From Candidatus Aminicenantes bacterium (lineage in GTDB: Bacteria; Acidobacteriota; Aminicenantia; UBA2199): a stretch of DNA of 48,501 nucleotides. The stretch lies in assembly GCA_027318645.1 (NCBI GenBank), contig DAHVOV010000078.1:1-48501 (forward strand), given 5' to 3'. Positions within the stretch are counted from its first letter, which is position 1. Each line of letters begins with the position of its first letter. Shown piece after piece: positions 45,286 to 48,501 of the stretch. The notes beneath the pieces were generated by a model. That model was not told the DNA's origin. It was given only the letters and a program-made list of their open reading frames with translations, and did not search any database. Made by a program: the position numbers and the translations under genes.

Positions 45286-46391
45286 TCGCGGCCATCGACG
45301 GCTTCGAATGGCGCGACCACCCGACCGGCGTGGGCCGCTTCCTGCAGAACGTCCTCGCCGCAATGGCGCCGCTGGCTCCCGGCGAGCGCTTCGTCCTCTT
45401 CCTTCCCGCCCCGCCGAAGGCGCCGCTCCCCTGGCCCAATGTGGAGACGGTCGTCGCCCCCTACGCCGGCGGCTTTTTCCGCTGGCAGAACGGCGTGCTG
45501 CCCGCACTGGTCGCCCGGCACGGCTGCGACCGGCTGTGGGCGCCCAACAACGTGCCGCCGCTGCGCCCCGGCGTGCCGACGCTGGTGACGGTCCACGACG
45601 TCTCCTGGCGCGGCGTCCCCGCCGACACCTCGCTGAAGGAGAGGCTCTCCCTCGACCTGCGCGCCCGCTGGGGGCTGCGCCGCGCCGCCGCTGTCGCGGC
45701 CGACTCGGCGTTCAGCGCCGGCGAGGTCGGGCGCTGGTACGGCATCGGCCGCGACCGCGTCCGCGTCGTCCATCTCGGCCGTCAGCCCGGACTGCGCCGC
45801 GCCAACGATGCCGAGATCGCCGCCTTCCGCGAGCGCCACGGCCTGGCCGGGCGGACGGTGATCGGCTTCCTCGGCGCCTTGTTCGGCCGGCGCCACGTCG
45901 CGGAGACGGCGGCGGCGGTAGAGCGGCTGCGCCGCGGCCGCGACGCCGTGCTGCTGCTCGCCGGCCCCGACCGCCTGACGCCGGCGGCGCGGCGCCGGCT
46001 CGACCGCGACTGGATCGTGCGCCTGCCCTGGCTGCCCGAGGAGATGATCGCCCCGTTCTATTCCAGCCTCGACCTGTGCTGCTATCTTTCGGAATATGAG
46101 GGGTTCGGGCTGCCGCCCATGGAGGCGCTGCAGTGCGGCACGGTGCCGCTGCTGCTGCCGGGCTCCTCGCTCGGCGAGCTGTACGGCGGCTGCGCCCTGT
46201 TCGTCGACCGTCCCGACCCCGGCCGCGTGGCCGAGGCCATGGCCTCGTTCCTGGAGCGTCCCGCCGCCGGCGCGGAGATGCTGCGCCGCTGGCGGGAGCG
46301 GCAGGAGCTCTTCAGCTGGGAGCGGACGGCGCGCGCCTACCTGGAGCTGCTGGCGGCGCTGGCGGGCGACGGCGCATCCCGGCGTCCCTGA
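45282..46391 (+). CDS. GT4-family glycosyltransferase (369 aa, GTG start)
   Basis: LSEYEGFGLPPMEALQCGTVPLL motif. GTGA overlap. Confidence 0.8.
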   Translation: MIAAIDGFEWRDHPTGVGRFLQNVLAAMAPLAPGERFVLFLPAPPKAPLPWPNVETVVAPYAGGFFRWQNGVLPALVARHGCDRLWAPNNVPPLRPGVPTLVTVHDVSWRGVPADTSLKERLSLDLRARWGLRRAAAVAADSAFSAGEVGRWYGIGRDRVRVVHLGRQPGLRRANDAEIAAFRERHGLAGRTVIGFLGALFGRRHVAETAAAVERLRRGRDAVLLLAGPDRLTPAARRRLDRDWIVRLPWLPEEMIAPFYSSLDLCCYLSEYEGFGLPPMEALQCGTVPLLLPGSSLGELYGGCALFVDRPDPGRVAEAMASFLERPAAGAEMLRRWRERQELFSWERTARAYLELLAALAGDGASRRP

Positions 46392-46413
46392 AGCGGGGCC
46401 ATGCGCCCGCGGC

Positions 46414-47511
46414 TCAGCGGAAGGGACAGGCGCCCTTGCGGCAGGGCGGCAGCGGCCTGCGGCCGTTGACCGTTCTTCTGAGCCTGGCGTACCTCCTGCC
46501 GTTCCAGATCGCGGCGAACGGGTCCCGGCGCAGGTCGCCCAGCTCGTATGACGAACAGCAGCCGATGTTCACTTTCCCGTCGGCGGTGACCAGGCACTCC
46601 GCCCAGGGGATCTGGCAGGACGGCGCGGCGAAGCGGGGATACTGGACGAAGCGGTCGGGATTGTTGCGCCGGATGCGGAAGGGCAGGCCGCCGTTGACGT
46701 CCAGCAGCTCCTGCAGCCGGCCGGAAAACTCGGTGTTCCCCTGGACGGGCGCGTACACGTAGATGCCGAGCTCGTTCGCCTTTTCCAGCGCCTTCACCAG
46801 CTCCCTCTCGAGGTCGCGCGGGGAAGGCACCTTGTCCCGCAGCCCGGGATAATAGGGGATGAGGGAGGAGAACTTGACCTGCTCCATGCCGTACTCCCGG
46901 GCCAGGTCGAGGAACAGCGGCAGCTCGTCCAGGTTGTCGTTCTGCAGCACCACGCCCAGGTAGGGATAGAAATCCTCGTTGCCGACCTCCCGGCCGATCG
47001 TGCGCATCAGGTCCAGGGCCTGGAGCATCCTTTCCCATTTGAGGGGGAAGCGCAGCCTCTCGAACGTCTCCGGCGTGGCGCCGTCGATGGAGATCCCCAG
47101 ATAGGCGCCGGAGCGGGCCAGGAGCGTGACCGTCGCCGCCGTCAGGGTCGAGGCGTTGGTGTACAGCAAGGGCCTGACCCGGTAGCGCAGGCAGAGCTCC
47201 AGCATGCGCGGGAAGTCGGGGTGGAGCAGCGATTCGCCGCCGCCCGAGAGGATGACCCGATACGCGGCGGGGAACAGCTCATGGGCGATGCGCTCGAAAG
47301 CGGAAAAGCCGAGCTCGGGCCATTCGTCGTGCGCATGCTCCGGCGCCGAGCGGAAGCAGCTGGGGCAGCGCAGGTTGCATCGTTTCGTCACGTCGACGTA
47401 CAGGGACGCGGGGAGCGAGCGGAGATGCGTGTTTCCCGCCTCGACCTCGCGGGCGATCTGCTGCAGGTTCCGCTCCTTGACGCCGGCCAGGGCCGCTTCA
47501 TCCATTTCCAT
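46414..47511 (-). CDS. Radical SAM enzyme with a C-terminal SPASM/twitch-type Cys cluster (365 aa)
   Basis: CNLRCPSC (CX3CX2C) near the N-terminus. C-terminal CQIPWAECLVTADGKVNIGCCSSYELGDL…PPCRKGACPF. Start at MEMDEAAL with GGGGAGAG upstream. Confidence 0.85.
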   Translation of the reverse strand: MEMDEAALAGVKERNLQQIAREVEAGNTHLRSLPASLYVDVTKRCNLRCPSCFRSAPEHAHDEWPELGFSAFERIAHELFPAAYRVILSGGGESLLHPDFPRMLELCLRYRVRPLLYTNASTLTAATVTLLARSGAYLGISIDGATPETFERLRFPLKWERMLQALDLMRTIGREVGNEDFYPYLGVVLQNDNLDELPLFLDLAREYGMEQVKFSSLIPYYPGLRDKVPSPRDLERELVKALEKANELGIYVYAPVQGNTEFSGRLQELLDVNGGLPFRIRRNNPDRFVQYPRFAAPSCQIPWAECLVTADGKVNIGCCSSYELGDLRRDPFAAIWNGRRYARLRRTVNGRRPLPPCRKGACPFR

Positions 47512-47623
47512 CCAGCACTCTCCCCTGATGGGATCCGCCGGCCGGAACGGCCGGCGCCCATACCCGATGATAAACCCATTCCGGGGGGATGGCAAGGAGC
47601 GCGGCCCCTGCGGGGGGACGGGC

Positions 47624-48501
47624 CTAGCGGAACTTCTCGCTGCGGCCCTTGAGGAACTGCAGGATGTTGAGCGCCTCCAGCGGCGTCAGCCGGGCGATGT
47701 CGACCTCCTGCAGCTTCTCGCGGATCTCGTCCCAGACCTTGAGCTCCATGTCCTCGGGGAAGAGGCCGGCGCTGGCCGCCGGCGCCTTCTGGATGCGGCC
47801 GGTGATGCGCTCCTTGACCAGGCGGTTCAGCTCCTTCTTCTCCAGGTTGAGCAGGATGTCCTTGGCGCGCTCGATGACCGGGTGCGGGATGCCGGCGATC
47901 TTGGCCACGTGGATGCCGAAGCTCTGGTCGGTGGGGCCGGGCATGATCTTGTGCAGGAAGATGACGTTGTCCTGCCACTCCTTGACCGCGATGTGGCAGT
48001 TGCGCACGCGCTCGAGGACAGCGGCCAGCTCGGTCAGCTCATGGTAGTGGGTGGCGAACAGCACCCGCGGCCGCGCCTTCAGGGCGTGCAGGAACTCGAC
48101 CACGGCCCAGACGATGGAGAGGCCGTCGTAGGTCGAGGTGCCGCGGCCGATCTCGTCGAGCAGGATCAGCGAGCGCGGCCCGGCGTTGTTCAGGATGATG
48201 GCCGTCTCGATCATCTCGACCAGGAAGGTCGACTTGCCCTCCAGCAGCGAGTCGGAGGCGCCGATGCGAGTGAAGATGCGGTCGCAGATGCCGACCTGCG
48301 CCCGGGCGGCGGGGACGAACAGCCCGGCCTGGGCCAGGATGACGATCAGCGCGTTCTGGCGCAGGTAGGTCGACTTGCCGCCCATGTTCGGGCCGGTGAT
48401 GAGCAGGATCTGCTCGTTGTCGGCGGCGACCGCCAGGTCGTTCGGGATGAAGCCGCGGCCCGAGGCGGCCTCCACCACCGGGTGGCGCCCCTCCTGGACG
48501 C
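47624..48501 (-). CDS. mutS: DNA mismatch repair protein MutS, C-terminal part (gene continues beyond the right edge)
   Basis: ITGPNMGGKSTYLRQ Walker A, LLDEIGRGTSTYDG and FATHYHELT. Confidence 0.95.
   Translation of the reverse strand, partial: VQEGRHPVVEAASGRGFIPNDLAVAADNEQILLITGPNMGGKSTYLRQNALIVILAQAGLFVPAARAQVGICDRIFTRIGASDSLLEGKSTFLVEMIETAIILNNAGPRSLILLDEIGRGTSTYDGLSIVWAVVEFLHALKARPRVLFATHYHELTELAAVLERVRNCHIAVKEWQDNVIFLHKIMPGPTDQSFGIHVAKIAGIPHPVIERAKDILLNLEKKELNRLVKERITGRIQKAPAASAGLFPEDMELKVWDEIREKLQEVDIARLTPLEALNILQFLKGRSEKFR

Overview
High-GC bacterial chromosome segment, about 70% G+C in coding lines I counted, probably from a diderm. I support about 40 protein genes and found no rRNA, tRNA, CRISPR array, transposase or integrase. 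Left to right:
- **Housekeeping and stress genes:** a TMEM175-type K+ channel, a membrane-anchored M24 peptidase, a GyrI-like protein coupled to a Kef-type antiporter, a solitary histidine ammonia-lyase homologue, and htpG.
- **Minus-strand string:** DMT transporter, secreted repeat protein, fused CcsBA haem lyase, multihaem cytochrome c, and a Cyc2-like monohaem cytochrome-porin.
- **ECF sigma/anti-sigma operon** carrying two secreted proteins that share a C-terminal domain.
- **More housekeeping genes:** SPFH, coaE, a TPR protein, cysS, trmJ, and prfB with its classical +1 frameshift.
- **Envelope and glycan region (26.7-47.5 kb):** a translationally coupled SDR-PAP2-SDR-CPBP-SDR cassette; a nucleotide-sugar operon (UDP-GlcA epimerase, ugd, glmS, rfbA, rfbD) ending in a glycosidase-like lipoprotein; five GT4 glycosyltransferases interleaved with two small coiled-coil proteins; and a radical-SAM/SPASM gene.
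- **Right edge:** the 3' part of mutS.

The most unusual signals are non-coding. Several AT-richer intergenic patches are built from short tandem units, 7-nt arrays and an 11-nt phased polypurine/polypyrimidine array. These are arranged as long imperfect hairpins, and some units recur at different loci. Four near-consensus sigma70-type promoters also sit so close to an ATG that the mRNAs should be leaderless.

All calls come from reading the sequence and ORF translations by eye. No database search was run.
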